Source of the DNA: Mycobacteriaceae bacterium
GTDB taxonomy: Bacteria; Actinomycetota; Actinomycetes; Mycobacteriales; Mycobacteriaceae
Assembly: GCA_965234515.1 (NCBI GenBank)
Contig: OZ248467.1
Coordinates: 2,634,105 to 2,666,104, forward strand
DNA: 32,000 bases
Direction of reading: 5' to 3'
Shown: positions 30,953 to 32,000 of the stretch, in pieces
Layout of the letters: every line of letters begins with the position of its first letter
Numbering within the stretch: the first letter of the stretch is position 1
Program-made: the position numbers and the translations under genes
Notes under the pieces: model-generated
Database searches by the model: none
What the model was told of the DNA's origin: nothing
Seen by the model: only the letters and a program-made list of their open reading frames with translations

Positions 30953-31933
30953 ATGAAGACCCGCATCACCGAACTGTTCAGCATCGAGCACCCCATCATC
31001 CAGGGCGGAATGCACTACGTCGGGTTCGCCGAACTCGCGGCGGCCGTCAGCAACGCCGGCGGGTTGGGCATCATCACCGGCCTCACCCAGGCGACGCCCG
31101 CGCTGCTGGCAGACGAGATCGCCAAGTGCCGCGACCTGACCGACAAGCCGTTCGGGGTGAACCTGACCTTCCTGCCCACCGTCAGCAGCCCGGACTACCC
31201 GGGCTACATCGACGCCATCCTCGCCGGCGGCGTCACAGTGGTGGAGACCGCCGGCAACAACCCGCAACAGTGGCTGCCGGTGCTGCAGGAGGCCGGGGTG
31301 AAGGTGATCCACAAGTGCACCAGCGTGCGCCACTCCCTCAAAGCCCAGGCCATCGGCTGCGACGCGGTCAGCGTCGATGGCTTCGAGTGCGGTGGTCACC
31401 CGGGCGAGGACGACATCCCCAACTTCATCCTGCTGCCGCGCGCCGCCGACGAACTGACGATCCCGTTCGTCGCCTCCGGCGGCATGGCCGACGGGCGCAG
31501 CCTGGTCGCCGCCTTGGCGCTGGGTGCCGAAGGCATGAACATGGGCACCCGTTTCATCGCCACCCGCGAGGCCCCGGTGCACCAGAACGTCAAGGACGCC
31601 ATCGTCGCGGCCACCGAACTGGACACCCGACTGGTCATGCGTCCGCTGCGCAACACCGAAAGGGTGCTGCGCAACGCCGCCGTCGACCGCCTGCTCGACA
31701 AAGAGAAGGCCCTCGGCGACAAGCTCGGGTTCGCCGACATCATCGACGAGGTGGCCGGTGTCTACCCGAAGATCATGATGGAGGGCACCATGGACGCCGG
31801 CGCCTGGAGTTGCGGCATGGTGGCCGGGTTGATCCACGACGTCCCCACCGTGGCGGAGCTGATCGATCGCATCATGGCCGAAGCCGACGCCCTCATCACC
31901 GAGCGCCTGGCGCGGTTTGCGGCGACGGCCTGA
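30953..31933 (+). CDS. Nitronate monooxygenase / NAD(P)H-dependent flavin oxidoreductase (NMO, 2-nitropropane dioxygenase family)
   Basis: ITELFSIEHPIIQGGM...AAAVSNAGGLG...VDGFECGGH...ASGGMADGR...GAEGMNMGTRF is the canonical NMO pattern. Confidence 0.9.
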   Translation: MKTRITELFSIEHPIIQGGMHYVGFAELAAAVSNAGGLGIITGLTQATPALLADEIAKCRDLTDKPFGVNLTFLPTVSSPDYPGYIDAILAGGVTVVETAGNNPQQWLPVLQEAGVKVIHKCTSVRHSLKAQAIGCDAVSVDGFECGGHPGEDDIPNFILLPRAADELTIPFVASGGMADGRSLVAALALGAEGMNMGTRFIATREAPVHQNVKDAIVAATELDTRLVMRPLRNTERVLRNAAVDRLLDKEKALGDKLGFADIIDEVAGVYPKIMMEGTMDAGAWSCGMVAGLIHDVPTVAELIDRIMAEADALITERLARFAATA

Positions 31934-32000
31934 TTCCCGTTCGACGCCGAGGACTCGACCAACCTGGACCTCTACCTGCTAACCCCCCGGGAACCGGTGG

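Noticed and set aside
30824-31837. 337-aa minus-strand ORF antisense to the nitronate monooxygenase gene
   Set aside because: It is a shadow ORF, and the plus-strand product has canonical NMO motifs.

Overview
This is a high-GC (roughly two-thirds G+C by eye) actinobacterial chromosome segment. It looks Mycobacterium-like from its protein families and from the local order MTAP / NAD-epimerase / GT2 / DUF2064 / GT-C membrane protein, which resembles my memory of the M. tuberculosis Rv0535-Rv0541c neighbourhood (not verified). I support about 35 CDSs. I saw no rRNA, tRNA, CRISPR array, transposase or integrase. The flanks (0.2-7.5 kb and 21.2-32 kb) carry ordinary metabolic, regulatory and envelope genes: an ACAD-fold flavoprotein, two alpha/beta hydrolases, an amidohydrolase, an SDR plus TetR pair, a glycosylation cluster, MTAP, a second TetR, DUF1330 and a nitronate monooxygenase. 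The middle (7.5-21.2 kb) looks accessory. It holds five toxin-antitoxin loci or remnants: a MazEF6-like pair, a decayed Phd-type antitoxin, two VapBC pairs and a lone HicB-like gene. These are interleaved with secreted enzymes and two operons of unclear function. My best candidate for an undescribed system is 14.0-17.3 kb. There a Nudix-wHTH (NrtR-like, degenerate Nudix box) regulator is divergent from a tightly coupled three-gene operon. That operon encodes a resolvase-like/MerR-HTH protein, a CX5R Cys-phosphatase and a PARG-like macrodomain-fold protein that lacks the GGG..QEE signature. Together these suggest an ADP-ribose-linked sensing and processing module. A second candidate is the translationally coupled HicB-like / NadR-type P-loop ATPase / Tat-exported PGRP amidase trio at 18.9-20.5 kb. 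Other notable signals are a perfect 15-bp x9 in-frame tandem repeat at the 5' end of a DUF1330 gene and an exact 18-bp tandem repeat with a TTGACGTCAA palindrome in a divergent promoter. There is also a perfect 34-bp AT-rich palindrome and an apparent epimerase-nucleoside phosphorylase fusion beside MTAP. A large secreted protein combines an apparently degenerate EEP domain with an intact PI-PLC X domain, a Tat-lipoprotein alpha/beta hydrolase has Ala in place of the nucleophile Ser, and one intergenic region is rich in hairpins. All family assignments come from motif recognition by eye, with no database search.
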